Shown: piece by piece, positions 51,401-61,335 of the stretch | Layout: every line of letters begins with the position of its first letter | Numbering within the stretch: the stretch's first letter is position 1 | Assembly (NCBI GenBank): GCA_021824285.1 | Contig: JAKAKZ010000001.1 | Span: 4,096-68,095 of the forward strand | Length of the DNA: 64,000 bases | From: a bacterium | Lineage (GTDB): Bacteria; Patescibacteriota; Patescibacteriia; SG8-24 | Reading direction: 5' to 3' | Notes under the pieces: model-generated | Seen by the model: the letters and a program-made list of their open reading frames with translations, nothing else | Told to the model about the DNA's origin: nothing | Database searches by the model: none | Made by a program: the position numbers and the translations under genes

Positions 51401-52316
51401 CGCAGGAATAGTCCGGGGTCGTGACGCAGGCGAAATCGGTCGACGGGGCCTTGGCATACGGGAACGGCAAGGTCGGCAGCGGCACGGCCTGGTACGGAGG
51501 ATTCTGGCCGCAAACGAAATTATCCCAGGTCTTTCCGCCCCAGTCCGGCGAGTTGAAACAATCGGGGTCGACGACGTCGATCAGGCCGTCGGCATCATTG
51601 TCGATACCGTCGGAGCAGGAGGTTTCCGGATTTTCGCACTTTCCCCCGCCGGGGGCATTCTTGCCCAGGCAGCTGGCCTCTTCGCAGTCCTTCTTGCCGT
51701 TGCCGTCATTGTCAAAGCCGTCACTGCAGGTGACATCATCGTTTTCGGCCGCGGCGCAGAAGGCCGCGTTGCCCGGACCGCCGAGCGTGCCGAGACGACG
51801 GTAGTTCTCGCCCGGCGACGGCAGGCAGTCCGCCACGTCAGCGCAGTCGATCAGCCCATCCAGGTCCGCGTCCTTCTGATCAGCGCACATCGCGTAATTG
51901 ACGTCTTCGCGCGTCGGGCAGGGGCCGCAGTTGCCGAACTTGTTGGCGCAGGAGGCGTCGGCGCAATCGGCGCTGCCGTTCTGGTCGTCATCGATGCCGT
52001 TGCTGCAGTAGTTATAACCGTTGACGAGATCCAACTCCCGATTGACGCACATGCGGCCGTCGGAAGAGAGCGCGCCGTAACATGCCGGATCCTCGCAGTT
52101 GGCCTTCCCGTTCCCGTCGTTGTCCACGGCGACGGAGACCCCGTTGACGATAGCGGTATCGAAACAGTAATCGTCGTTGATCACGCCGTCGACGATGTTC
52201 TCGGCGGAAAAGGTGCCCTGCGCGCGGGCCGTGGCCGCCACCAGAAACAGCGACGAGCAGCCGACGGCGAGAACCGCCATGCCGATGATGGTCCGAATGG
52301 GCGGAAATGGCTTCAT
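48438..52316 (-). CDS. giant secreted cysteine-rich repeat protein (Ca-binding-like DxDxDG/TSP3-like motifs), putative adhesin
   Basis: about 1292 aa from MKPFPPIRTIIG signal peptide; many C-x-D-P-x-C and DNDGNGK/DDDQNGS modules; abuts upstream secreted protein gene. Confidence 0.6.
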   Translation of the reverse strand: MKPFPPIRTIIGMAVLAVGCSSLFLVAATARAQGTFSAENIVDGVINDDYCFDTAIVNGVSVAVDNDGNGKANCEDPACYGALSSDGRMCVNRELDLVNGYNYCSNGIDDDQNGSADCADASCANKFGNCGPCPTREDVNYAMCADQKDADLDGLIDCADVADCLPSPGENYRRLGTLGGPGNAAFCAAAENDDVTCSDGFDNDGNGKKDCEEASCLGKNAPGGGKCENPETSCSDGIDNDADGLIDVVDPDCFNSPDWGGKTWDNFVCGQNPPYQAVPLPTLPFPYAKAPSTDFACVTTPDYSCVEVPAFLPTDPAGYPLTAPGGFSSTLSARVYGTVHESVAGGSSYNDLVELVGTSSYAAVTFVIGDATTTDRYYPYADATCVLVGSGAGQFSFAAERGKAVQVFSTGSPVGPFDLRLQCPTPSSAAFATTYPYPISVVASHADGTREDGQVETTDPLHFFSTLYEAQKPTALAVQPEGMVGPVFRVPYGTSRRLRVIPDDNPKPPTLICRCATDINSDPTVFAGPNCVSQPFVFQLSGSYDVRSYIEDAAGNTSDLQNASLDVEVTPAISPATSDQFRLVPAAFVIQVNTGSGGTQFVPQQPLTPFFRRLRMRAKATATFISGTAFGNGACQGKIYDNNGGTALLDPAGNPLTWASGDSFPLVGIGNHAICDGNLTIPDLADGEYFMTLSVIDGAGNSGESNRQVFYVCNHLPAFGEPETVCSKADFDGDGAPEALYTKMFTRDASPQVCDNCSGIYNPDQSDFDANGIGNACDADVNLGRCELDRNTPCQNDDSRKVLTGLGDSQLCDPTTDPLCCTRPSNSDLNDKQQCLQDFPLAVLDPGSPDYMSKKIRCNDCCPAIRLEPHQTAPADLGVPDSYPAKSDPQYCSYSWGMCAVGGQICLSDFECGFCSVLKSGGPVGCRNAQDCIDQGLPDTTTCSREKGIGRCDLDRTASCRTNADCGENAPCLGSCWINSSISCSSNADCPAGDSCTSVNYCDRLIPPWLQSDLGNLYSAQRIGARKYPPRGRYNATYCISAKGSISNFRGELCAQGNRTDPKYRYATPVRTQGFQTVLGKLDLNGLKNGRYGEVVTFGSSAELDTAIANGPLGGKVYRYVPVGGAPDDLTVSAATALTILNGNDTASGAGTILVEGGNLIIATDIDYQNTPSSQSNIASLASVAWIVLAEPLDPLKGGNIYIDRRVTWAVGTFFADGKSGITSVYPSNQDIYRPLTVLGVMVAKVFHFDRLFQSLEQGAERVVYDGRAVANPPPGIGDFSKALPRFGGISQ

Positions 52317-53965
52317 GGCAGCTTCTTGAGCAGGTCTTCCGACGTGCAGCAGTACTCGCCCGACTGCGCGCCTGGCGCATAGCAATCGCCGTTACCGAAG
52401 TTCGCGCTGGCGCAATCACAGTCGAAATAGCCGTCGTTCGGGTCGTTGTACCGGCACCAGGTGCCGTCCGCCATGTTATTGCTGCTGGCCCCCTGAAAGG
52501 ACGGCTGATTGCTGCAGCAACGGTCGCCGCGGCGGTAGGAGCTGTCGCGGCAGTCTATGGGATTGCCGGAATTCTTCTGGCAGGTCAGCGGCGCCTGGGC
52601 GGGATTCATCGCGTAAGGAAGCCCGCGGCAAGTGCGGTCGGCCGCATCGATGTTGCCGTTGCCGTCGCCATCCAGACCGTCGTCGCAGTAGCCTTCGACC
52701 GAGAGACCGCGGCGCATCAGCAAGGTGTAGGCCACGTCGCCCGTAATGTCGCATTTCTTGACGTTGTTGAAATAGGCGCCAGCGTTCGATTCGAAGCAGC
52801 TTTCCGCCGCCTGCTGGTCGGCCAATGACCAGTCGTTGGAGTGCACATACACCGGCCAACGGCTGTCGACCTTATCGATGATGACCCGACAGTAATTGGT
52901 GCCGCCGGGATTGTGCACCTTGTCGCAGATTGCGTCCGCGCCGCAATCGGCATCGATGTTGCAGACCGTGCCGCGCCTCAACGGCGGCGAAGTGACGTAG
53001 CAGTAATTCATGTACCACAGCCCGCGGGGTCCGAGCGGGTCGCTCGACAGCAGATCGGTCGTAGCCTCGAAAAAGCCCGTGAGCGCCGGCGGCGAATTGT
53101 AGATGTTGTCGTCGGTAATCCGCCGGATGTATTTCTGCGTTGTCGGGGTCGTATCGATCTGACATTCCACTAAGGCGCCTTTCTGAGCCATGAAATTATC
53201 GAAGGAAACGCCAATCGTGTGCAGATGCGTGCCGGGTAGGGTCACTCCCGGACCAGGGACAGGCTCGTAGATGCCGAGCGGCCGATGGACGTTACCGACC
53301 TGCGACGGCAGCCAGGTGGTCTTCGCGTAAGCGCCGAATTCGATCCAGCCGAGCCCCGTGCCGTCGTTGTTACCGCTCCAGGCCCAGCGGCTTTCCGGAT
53401 GCGCGGCATCGATGAAAGTGCCGTCCGCCGTGTTCAAGCCGAGATAGAAATTGGCTGCGGCGCAGTCGTTGGCGTCCTTGTTCGCGCAGTTGAGCGAGAT
53501 CCAACCGTTGTTGCCTAGGCTGTGCACCCGCGCCCAACCCCAAATCTGGTTCCTCTTCGTCTGTCCGTTGCTATCGATGTAGACGCGACGGTATTGGGCG
53601 TACGGCGCCACGCCTTCTGGCGTAATGGCGGCCGGATCGCTGTCCAGACAGCTGGTGCCGAAACAAATCCAACCCATGGTTTCGGACCATGCCCAACCGT
53701 ACATATTCGCCAGATTCTTGTTGCCGGCCACGTCCTCAAACGTCACGCCGTAATCCGCCGTGGCGCAAGTTCCGGAGTCCACGCAATTCAGTGAGAGCCA
53801 GCCTGCCGTTCCGGACCACACCCAACCCTGGATATTATCGAAAGTGCCGGCGCGGGCCGGCGCTGCGGACATGAAAAGCAGGCCGGCAAAACAAGCCAGC
53901 GCCGCGAGAATGCTGCGTGTGACCGCGGAAAACCGATTCCGCATATGACGCATCCTATTATACAC
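52313..53965 (-). CDS. secreted Trp-rich repeat protein (4x GWxWSxxxGWIxxxC motif)
   Basis: 550 aa; signal peptide-like N-terminus; tandem GWVWSGTAGWLSLNC / GWAWSETMGWICFG / GWARVHSLGNNGWISLNC / RWAWSGNNDGTGLGWIEFG repeats. Confidence 0.55.
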   Translation of the reverse strand: MYNRMRHMRNRFSAVTRSILAALACFAGLLFMSAAPARAGTFDNIQGWVWSGTAGWLSLNCVDSGTCATADYGVTFEDVAGNKNLANMYGWAWSETMGWICFGTSCLDSDPAAITPEGVAPYAQYRRVYIDSNGQTKRNQIWGWARVHSLGNNGWISLNCANKDANDCAAANFYLGLNTADGTFIDAAHPESRWAWSGNNDGTGLGWIEFGAYAKTTWLPSQVGNVHRPLGIYEPVPGPGVTLPGTHLHTIGVSFDNFMAQKGALVECQIDTTPTTQKYIRRITDDNIYNSPPALTGFFEATTDLLSSDPLGPRGLWYMNYCYVTSPPLRRGTVCNIDADCGADAICDKVHNPGGTNYCRVIIDKVDSRWPVYVHSNDWSLADQQAAESCFESNAGAYFNNVKKCDITGDVAYTLLMRRGLSVEGYCDDGLDGDGNGNIDAADRTCRGLPYAMNPAQAPLTCQKNSGNPIDCRDSSYRRGDRCCSNQPSFQGASSNNMADGTWCRYNDPNDGYFDCDCASANFGNGDCYAPGAQSGEYCCTSEDLLKKLP

Positions 53966-54004
53966 GAAACCCCAGCTTGAGGCTGGGGATTAACTGCCGG
54001 GGCT

Positions 54005-54412
54005 TCATTCCGCCGCGTGGCGGTCAAGGGCTTGATTCACCAGGCGGTCGGCATCCTTGTTGTTCTCGCGCCGCACGTGGGTGAAAGTGACTTTGCGGAA
54101 CCCGAGCCGAAGATTATGGACACGCATGTACTGCTGGGCCAAACCGGGATCCTTCACGCGATATTGTCCGGCCAATTGCCGCACTACGAGTTCAGAATCC
54201 AGGTACACGTCGAGCTCATCGGCCCCCAGCTCTTTGGCATGCTCTAAGGCATCAATGACCGCCGCATATTCGGCGTGGTTATTGGTGGCGTGACCCAAAT
54301 AACGGCCATGTTCCTTAACCGGTCGGCCGTCGGTGTCCGTAATGTACACGCCGAGCGCGGCCGGACCTGGATTGCCGCGCGCGCCGCCGTCCGTGTGCGC
54401 TATCAGTTTCAT
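54005..54412 (-). CDS. rnhA: ribonuclease HI
   Basis: 135 aa; DGGARGNPGPA, NNHAEY, ...D catalytic DEDD pattern. Confidence 0.85.
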   Translation of the reverse strand: MKLIAHTDGGARGNPGPAALGVYITDTDGRPVKEHGRYLGHATNNHAEYAAVIDALEHAKELGADELDVYLDSELVVRQLAGQYRVKDPGLAQQYMRVHNLRLGFRKVTFTHVRRENNKDADRLVNQALDRHAAE

Positions 54413-56151
54413 ATTACGGGCTGCGCCAAGCGCAGATCTATGGCCTTAAGCTGAATCTCCTGACGGCCGTTCCAGACGTTGATGCCTAGTTCGACGACCA
54501 AATCGATATGGCTGCCAGGCACGATCGCCCTCGCCTTCTCTGCCAGATTGAAAGCGATGACCTTCGATTCGACCGCCACATCACCCCGGACGGCCAGACG
54601 GACATGACGTCCGTTCTGACCCACCGGCGTAGCCGAGGACATGACGAGGTCGCGCAAGAGGAACCGCGGCCGGGGATTGCCTTCGCCGTGCGGCTCGAAC
54701 TTCTGGAGCAGATGCACGAGATCCCAGGTCACCTGGGAAAGCCGGATTTCCGCGTCCGACTGCAGCACCGGACGCAGATCGCGTCCGGCCAGCTCGCGCC
54801 GCGCGTACTCCTCCACGATAGCGCAGAACTCGCGGAAATGCCCATCCCCATCCACGGTCATGCCGCAGGCCTGCGGATGGCCGCCGAAGCGCGTGAGGTG
54901 ACCCTTGGCCGCCTCGAGCGCGGCCACCAGGTTGAAGCCGGGTACGCCGCGGCCCGACCCGACGTAGCGCTCCCCTTCCCGGCCGAAAACCATGGCCGGC
55001 ACGCCGGTCTCGGAGGCGATCTTGCCGGCCACGAGGCCGACAAGGCCCGCCGACCAGCCGTCGCCCCAGACGATGCGAAGCGGCGTGTCCTGCGGCGCTG
55101 CGGCGAGCCGCGCTTGGGCCGCGCGCATGATCTCCTCGGTGCTGCGCTGACGGGCCAAATTTAAATCATTGAGTTTTTCCGCAAGTATCTTCGCGTCTTC
55201 GAGCGTCGGCGCCATGAGCGCGTCGAGCGCGTGCTGCGCGTGGTCCATGCGTGAGGCCGCGTTGATGCGCGGGCCGATGCCGAAACCGACGGAAACGGTG
55301 TCGATCGCGCCGGCGGCCAGGCCGGCGGTCTCCAGGATGCGCTGCAGGCCCGGGCGCCGGGTCTTGTTGAGCACGACCAGCCCGTATTTCTCGAGCGTCC
55401 GGTTCTCGCCCACGAGCGGCATCAGATCCGTGACCGTGGCGATCGCCACGAGATCCAGCAGCCATTTGTCGAAGCCGGCCGAGAACGGCTTGCCGCGCTC
55501 GGCCGCGTAGCGCATGAACCCGCAGGCCAGCTTGAAGGATACGCCGACCGCCGCCAGCTTACCGAACGGATAAGTCTCCCCCGGCACGAGCGGATGGATG
55601 AGGATGCATTCCGGCACCTGCGGCGGCACCTGATGGTGGTCAACCACGATCGTGTCGATGCCGCGCTCGGCCGCGAGCGCGATCTCGGGCGCGCAGCTGA
55701 TGCCGCAATCCACGGTGATCATGAGGTCGGTCTTACGGCCGGACAGGACCTCGACCGCCTCGCGGCTGACGCCGTAGCCCTCTTTCTCGCGGTGCGGGAT
55801 GTAACTGCCGATGCGCGACCGGTCGGCGCCCAGAAGGCGCGCGGCCTCGTGCAGCGTCGTGAGCAGTACCGCCGATCCGGTGACGCCGTCGGCGTCATAA
55901 TCGCCGTAAACGACGATATTCTCCCCATCGGTGAGCGCGCGCCAGATGCGGGCGCAGGCGGCCTCCATCTCGCGGAAAAGATAGGGATCATGAAGATCCC
56001 GGACGTAGTCGGGCTGCAGAAATGCCTCGACCTGATCCTTGGCCGTGATTCCGCGGCTCCACAGCAACTGAACCGCAACAGGGTGCAGCTCGGAAAAACG
56101 CTCGCGCATGTCCTGCGCTGGCGGATCGGCAAGAGTCCAACGGCGGTCCAT
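54409..56151 (-). CDS. recJ: single-stranded-DNA-specific exonuclease RecJ
   Basis: 580 aa; DHH motifs (VVYGDYDADGVTGSAV, DHH), DHHA1, C-terminal OB. Confidence 0.85.
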   Translation of the reverse strand: MDRRWTLADPPAQDMRERFSELHPVAVQLLWSRGITAKDQVEAFLQPDYVRDLHDPYLFREMEAACARIWRALTDGENIVVYGDYDADGVTGSAVLLTTLHEAARLLGADRSRIGSYIPHREKEGYGVSREAVEVLSGRKTDLMITVDCGISCAPEIALAAERGIDTIVVDHHQVPPQVPECILIHPLVPGETYPFGKLAAVGVSFKLACGFMRYAAERGKPFSAGFDKWLLDLVAIATVTDLMPLVGENRTLEKYGLVVLNKTRRPGLQRILETAGLAAGAIDTVSVGFGIGPRINAASRMDHAQHALDALMAPTLEDAKILAEKLNDLNLARQRSTEEIMRAAQARLAAAPQDTPLRIVWGDGWSAGLVGLVAGKIASETGVPAMVFGREGERYVGSGRGVPGFNLVAALEAAKGHLTRFGGHPQACGMTVDGDGHFREFCAIVEEYARRELAGRDLRPVLQSDAEIRLSQVTWDLVHLLQKFEPHGEGNPRPRFLLRDLVMSSATPVGQNGRHVRLAVRGDVAVESKVIAFNLAEKARAIVPGSHIDLVVELGINVWNGRQEIQLKAIDLRLAQPVI

Positions 56152-56474
56152 CGATTTACGGGTCCGGAAAGATTAAAGCTTAGGGCTTAAAGCTTCTGCT
56201 CTAAGCTCCCAGCTTCAAGCTTCACTTATTCAAGTACGGCGCGACCATGCCGAAAACCATGGCCAGGGCGGAAAAACCGGTAAGCGTAATCCAAACGACC
56301 TTGCGGACCTGCCGGCGACGGATGCGGATATTACCGATTTTAGGCATAAATGCGGTTGAGTGTGATGGCTTAAGGGTCGAAAGGTCGAAGGGACACGCGG
56401 CGGTGGCCTTTAAACCATTAAACCCCTACACCCTTAAACCGAATACGATTGATATGTTATCACGGCCCAGAAAA

Positions 56475-58289
56475 TCAATCACGTTTCAGCACGGACAGGA
56501 AGGCCTCCGGCGGAATGTCCACCTTACCGCCCTTCATCATGCGCTTCTTGCCTTCCTTCTGCTTGTTGAGCAGTTTCTGCTTGCGGGTCCAGTCACCACC
56601 CGAAAGATAGCCGGTGACGTCCTTGCGGTACGGGGCGATGCGTTCCGAGGCCACGACCTTGCCGCCGAGAGCAGCCTGGATCTTCACCTCGAACTGCTGG
56701 CGCGGCAGGGTTTCCTTGAGCGATTCGCAGATCTTGCGGCCGATACGCTGGGCCGCATCGCGGTAAACGATGGTGGCGAAGGCCTCCACCGGTTCTTCCG
56801 CCACAAGGATGTCGAGCCGCGCCACGTCCGCCTCGCGGTAATCGAGGAACTCGTAGTTCAGCGAGGCATAGCCGGAGGAGACGCTCTTCAGCTTGTCGTA
56901 GAAATCCACCAGGATGGACGACAGCGGCATCTCGTAATGCAGGTAGACGCGGCTCGCACCCTCATCGGCGGTCAGGTATTCGGTGTTGCGGTAGAGCCCG
57001 CGCTTGTCCTGGACGAGCGCCATGATGTTGCCGAGGAAATCGCGCGGCGCGATAATGTCGGCGCGCACCCACGGCTCCTCGATGAACTCGATGCGGCTCG
57101 GGTCCGGCAGGTCCATGGGGCTCTTCACGGTAACTGTGGTCTGGTCGCTCTGGTGGACGCGGTAGGCCACGGATGGGACCGTGACCACGACCTCCAGACC
57201 GTATTCGCGGCGCAGGCGCTCCTGGACGATTTCGAGATGCAGGAGGCCGAGCATGCCACAGCGGAAGCCGAAGCCGAGCGCGGTGGAGTGCTCCGGCTCA
57301 AAGGAGAGCGCGGAATCGCTTAATTTCAATTTCAGCATCGCATCGCGCAGGCGCTCAAAGGCGTCGCCTTCCTTGGGGAAGATGCCGGCAAAGACCATGG
57401 GCATGATGTCCTTGTAGCCCTCGACCGGCTCCACTCCCCGTTCGCGCGCATCGGCCACGGTCAGCGTGTCGCCGACGCGGCACGCCGCGATCTCCTTGAG
57501 GCCGGAACAGACGTAGCCGATTTCGCCGGCGCGGAGCGAATCGGTGGGCTTGAATTTCGGCGTAAATATGCCGAGGTCGATGACCTCGCCGCGTGCCCTG
57601 GTGGCGAACAGCGATATCTTGTCATTTTTCTTCAACTCTCCGTCGACCACGCGCACGAAGGCGACCACGCCCTTGTAGGAATCGTACATGGAGTCGAAAA
57701 CCAGGCCGCGGAAAGGCCTTGCCGGGTCGCCCTGCGGCGGCGGCACCTTGGCGGCCACGGCCTCCAGGATGTCGGCGACGCCGGAACCGGTCTTGCCGGA
57801 GGCGAAGATAACTTCCTCCGGTGCGCAGCCGATGAGGTGCACGAGCTCCTCGCGAGCCTTTTCCGGTTCGGCGTTCGGCAGGTCGATCTTGTTGACCACG
57901 GGGATGATGGCCAGGTCCTGCTCAAGAGCCAGGTAAAGATTGCCGATGGTCTGCGCCTGTACGCCTTGGGTGGCGTCGACGAGCAGAATCGCGCCCTCGA
58001 CGGCCGCGAGCGAGCGCGAGACCTCGTAGGTAAAGTCCACGTGGCCCGGCGTGTCGATCAGGTTGAACTCGAAAGTCCGCCCGGCGCGGGTGGTGTAGCT
58101 CATGCGCACGGGCTGCAGCTTGATGGTGATGCCGCGCTCGCGCTCCAGGTCCATCTGGTCGAGCATCTGGTCCTTCATCTCGCGCTTGGAGACGGTTTTG
58201 GTGATCTCCAAAATGCGGTCCGCCAGCGTGGACTTGCCGTGGTCGATGTGCGCGATGATGCAGAAATTGCGGATGTCGTTCATTTCCAT
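56475..58289 (-). CDS. lepA: elongation factor 4 (LepA)
   Basis: about 604 aa from MEMNDIRNFCIIAHIDHGKSTLADR (supplied ORF has a 114-aa spurious N-extension); G-domain motifs, LepA C-terminal domain. Confidence 0.9.
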   Translation of the reverse strand: MEMNDIRNFCIIAHIDHGKSTLADRILEITKTVSKREMKDQMLDQMDLERERGITIKLQPVRMSYTTRAGRTFEFNLIDTPGHVDFTYEVSRSLAAVEGAILLVDATQGVQAQTIGNLYLALEQDLAIIPVVNKIDLPNAEPEKAREELVHLIGCAPEEVIFASGKTGSGVADILEAVAAKVPPPQGDPARPFRGLVFDSMYDSYKGVVAFVRVVDGELKKNDKISLFATRARGEVIDLGIFTPKFKPTDSLRAGEIGYVCSGLKEIAACRVGDTLTVADARERGVEPVEGYKDIMPMVFAGIFPKEGDAFERLRDAMLKLKLSDSALSFEPEHSTALGFGFRCGMLGLLHLEIVQERLRREYGLEVVVTVPSVAYRVHQSDQTTVTVKSPMDLPDPSRIEFIEEPWVRADIIAPRDFLGNIMALVQDKRGLYRNTEYLTADEGASRVYLHYEMPLSSILVDFYDKLKSVSSGYASLNYEFLDYREADVARLDILVAEEPVEAFATIVYRDAAQRIGRKICESLKETLPRQQFEVKIQAALGGKVVASERIAPYRKDVTGYLSGGDWTRKQKLLNKQKEGKKRMMKGGKVDIPPEAFLSVLKRD

Positions 58290-58369
58290 ATCGGGAGTGG
58301 GGAGTGGGAAGTTTGGAGTGTGAAGGTATTGCTGGGGCGCTTCACGCTTCAAACTTCCCACTCCATACT

Positions 58370-60010
58370 TTATTCGGCCACGATGGCCTCGCCTTCCTGG
58401 CCCAGCTCGGAACGCGGTCCGGGCGCGCCGCGACGGCGGTAGAGGGCCACGATGCGGCGGGCGTCTTCGGAACCGAGCAGGAGGGCCAAAGCGATGTAGG
58501 CCGCGATGCCCAGCGCGCCGGCCACCGCGCCCTGCGTGAAGATACCGACGAAGGTCTGCATGTTCACGACCGCGCCAAGAACCGTCTTGCCGAGCTGGAT
58601 GACCAGCGCCATGGCGACGCCGGCGACGCACATGACCGCGAGCGGACGCATGATGGCCGCCTCGCCGAGATTGCCGGTCCGCCGCCGCAGAAACGCCCAG
58701 AGCACGACCAGATTGAAGACGCTGCCGACGGAAAAGGCCAGGGCCAGACCCGGCGTGCCCATGCCGCGCGCGACGAGGACCGCGGCCAGCAGACGTTCCA
58801 GCACGACCGCGACAATGCCGGCGTAAAGCGGCGTCTTCACGTCATGATAGGCGAAGAAGGCACGGGTCACGAGCGGCAGGAGCGCCTGGGCGAAGAGGCT
58901 CAAGGTGAAATAGGCCAGAGCATCGGCCGTAGCGATGGTATCGCTCCAGTCGAAACGGCCGGTACCCAGAATGACGCGGACGATCTGGGCCCGGAGCAGC
59001 AGGAAGGCGACGGTCGCCGGAATGATCAGGAACATCACGGAGCGCACGGTCTTGGCGTAAGCGTCCACGAAGCCGGTCCGGTCGTATTTGGCCGCCAGCT
59101 CGGAAATCAGCGGGAAAGCGGCCACGGCGAAGGAGACGCCGATGATGCCGATGGGGAAACTCTGCAGGTTATTGGCCAGGTTGAAGACCGCGATGCCGCC
59201 CGCACCGACGGTCGAGGCGACGCCCGTGAGGATGGCAAGATTCAGCTGCGAGACGGCCAGACCGGCCGTGCGCGGCACCATCAGCCGCCAGATGTCGCGC
59301 AGGCCGGCGTCGCGCCAGTCCCAAATCGGCCGGTAACGGAAGCCGAGCGCCAGGCAGGCCAGGAGCTGGACGGCCATGTGCATGGCCGCGCCGAACACCA
59401 CGCCCCAGGCGGCCCCGGCCACGCCGAGACGCGGCACCAAGAAGACGATGCCGAAAATGATGCCGAAATTGTAGAGGATCGGCGCGAGCGCGTAAGTCAG
59501 GAACCGGCGCCGCACCTGCAGGACGCCGCCCAGGACGCCCGAGACGCCCAAGAGCACCGGCGACAGGAACATGACGCGCGTGAGACTGACGGTCAGCTCC
59601 CGGACATGGCCGCCGAAACCGGGAGCGATGTAGCGCGTGAGCCAGGGCGCGGCGGCGGCGCCGGCGACGGCCGCGACGACGAGCAGCGCGCCGAGCACCG
59701 TCAGGAGCAGCGAAGTCAGCCGGCTGGCTGATTCATTGAGCTTTTCTTCATGCGACTCGCGGGTCAGGACGCGCGTCAGCACCGGAATGAAGCCGGCCGT
59801 GATGGCGCCAAGGACGAAGAGGTTGTAGACCAGGTCCGGGATGCGGAAGGCGGCGTAATAGGCATCGAGCTCCGCGCCAGCGCCGAACGTGCCGGAGAGC
59901 ATCCGGTCGCGCAGGACGCCGACCGCACGGCTCGCGAGCGAAGCGACGCCCAAAAGAACCGCCGCGGCGGTGACGGTCGAGGACTTGGATTTGAGCAGGC
60001 GGCCGAGCAT
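58370..60010 (-). CDS. murJ: lipid II flippase MurJ (MviN)
   Basis: 546 aa, about 14 TM; MurJ N-terminal signature LRDRMLSGTFGAGAELDAYYAAFRIPDL. Confidence 0.85.
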   Translation of the reverse strand: MLGRLLKSKSSTVTAAAVLLGVASLASRAVGVLRDRMLSGTFGAGAELDAYYAAFRIPDLVYNLFVLGAITAGFIPVLTRVLTRESHEEKLNESASRLTSLLLTVLGALLVVAAVAGAAAAPWLTRYIAPGFGGHVRELTVSLTRVMFLSPVLLGVSGVLGGVLQVRRRFLTYALAPILYNFGIIFGIVFLVPRLGVAGAAWGVVFGAAMHMAVQLLACLALGFRYRPIWDWRDAGLRDIWRLMVPRTAGLAVSQLNLAILTGVASTVGAGGIAVFNLANNLQSFPIGIIGVSFAVAAFPLISELAAKYDRTGFVDAYAKTVRSVMFLIIPATVAFLLLRAQIVRVILGTGRFDWSDTIATADALAYFTLSLFAQALLPLVTRAFFAYHDVKTPLYAGIVAVVLERLLAAVLVARGMGTPGLALAFSVGSVFNLVVLWAFLRRRTGNLGEAAIMRPLAVMCVAGVAMALVIQLGKTVLGAVVNMQTFVGIFTQGAVAGALGIAAYIALALLLGSEDARRIVALYRRRGAPGPRSELGQEGEAIVAE

Positions 60011-60166
60011 CTATTTAAACAGTCCGCCGATGGGCGGAAGCTGGTGCAGTATAAGCTTATTTTGGGCAACTGGCAAGCGGTAGGGTCGGCAGAATCGCGG
60101 AAGACAAACCAACCCGCTGGTCGGGCAGCAGGCCGGCAAAAAACCTCGAGCTCGCGGGCTGGGTCA

Positions 60167-61315
60167 TCAGAGAGCCGCCTTGGTCTCCTTGGCGATCATC
60201 AGCTCCTCGTTGGTCGGCACGACCAGGACTTTCGGCTTGCCTGGCAGTTTGACGAGATCCATGATCCGTTCGCGGAGGAAGGCGTTGCGCTCCCCCACCC
60301 CGGCCGTGAAGATGACCGCATCCGCACCGCCCATGAGCGCGGCGAATTGGCCGATGTAGCGGGCCACGTCGTAGCAGAACACGTCCACGGCGATGCGGCA
60401 CCACTTGCGCTCATCGGCGTCCTTGGGGGCAACCGGCTGGACACCATCGACTTTCCAGCCGGTCCGCGCCAGCACGTCGCGCATGTCCTTGAAGCCGGTC
60501 AGTCCCAGCATGCCGGACTTCTTGTTCATCAGGTCGTCTACCTCCTGCTCCGTCATCTTCAGCTCGCGCATCAGGTAGAGCGGGATAGCGGCGTCGATGT
60601 CGCCGCAGCGGGTCGACATGGTGACGCCTTCAAGCGGCGTGAAGCCCATGGAGGTGTCCGTGGCCCTGCCGTTCTTCACGGCCGTGACCGAGGCGCCGGA
60701 ACCGATATGACAGGAGACCAGGCGCAATTTGCTGTAGGGTTTCTTCAATATTTTTGCGGCCTCGCGCGTGACATACTGGTGCGAGATGCCGTGGAAGCCG
60801 TACTTGCGTATCTTATGCTTGAGATAAAGTTCAAGTGGTAGCGAGTAGACGAAAGCCTCCGGGCCGAGCGTGCGGTAGAAGGACGTGTCGAAGACCGCCA
60901 CGTTCTTGGCCCTCGGCAGGAGCTCCAGGCAAGAACGGATGCCGGCCAGGTTCGGCGGGTTGTGGAGCGGCGCCAGCCGGCTGTAGGTCTCAAGCCGCGT
61001 CAGCACGCCGTCAGCAACCACGGTCGGCACGACGAACTCCTCGCCACCGTGGACCACCCGATGCCCGACAGCGCGGATGGCGGCGGTGTCGATTTTTTCC
61101 CTCTTGAGGGCGGCGAACACCGCGGCGAGCGCGGCCTTGTGGTCCGGTACGGCCGGCATGGCCCCATGCCGCTTCTCCCCGCTTCCGATGCGGTATTCGA
61201 GGAACGGGGCGTCAAGACCGATGCGCTCGACCAAGCCGTTCGCCAGTTCCTTGAGCGACGACGAGTAGAGGCGAAACTTCAGACTGGAACTGCCGGAATT
61301 GATCACGAGAATCAT
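60167..61315 (-). CDS. ackA: acetate kinase
   Basis: 382 aa; MILVINSGSSSLKFRLY N-terminus, HGISHQY, IGSGAS motifs. Confidence 0.9.
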   Translation of the reverse strand: MILVINSGSSSLKFRLYSSSLKELANGLVERIGLDAPFLEYRIGSGEKRHGAMPAVPDHKAALAAVFAALKREKIDTAAIRAVGHRVVHGGEEFVVPTVVADGVLTRLETYSRLAPLHNPPNLAGIRSCLELLPRAKNVAVFDTSFYRTLGPEAFVYSLPLELYLKHKIRKYGFHGISHQYVTREAAKILKKPYSKLRLVSCHIGSGASVTAVKNGRATDTSMGFTPLEGVTMSTRCGDIDAAIPLYLMRELKMTEQEVDDLMNKKSGMLGLTGFKDMRDVLARTGWKVDGVQPVAPKDADERKWCRIAVDVFCYDVARYIGQFAALMGGADAVIFTAGVGERNAFLRERIMDLVKLPGKPKVLVVPTNEELMIAKETKAAL

Positions 61316-61335
61316 ATGGGTTGGGCTTTGCGGTC

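Noticed and set aside
56247-57323. 358-aa plus-strand ORF
   Set aside because: Antisense to lepA and spans the recJ-lepA intergenic repeats; no motifs.
58290-58631. N-terminal 114-aa extension of lepA ORF
   Set aside because: Arg/Gly/His-rich low complexity running through the heptad-repeat intergenic element; LepA N-terminus MEMNDIRNFCIIAHIDHGKST is canonical.
58304-59731. 475-aa plus-strand ORF opposite murJ
   Set aside because: Antisense artefact; MurJ frame shows about 14 TM helices and family signature.
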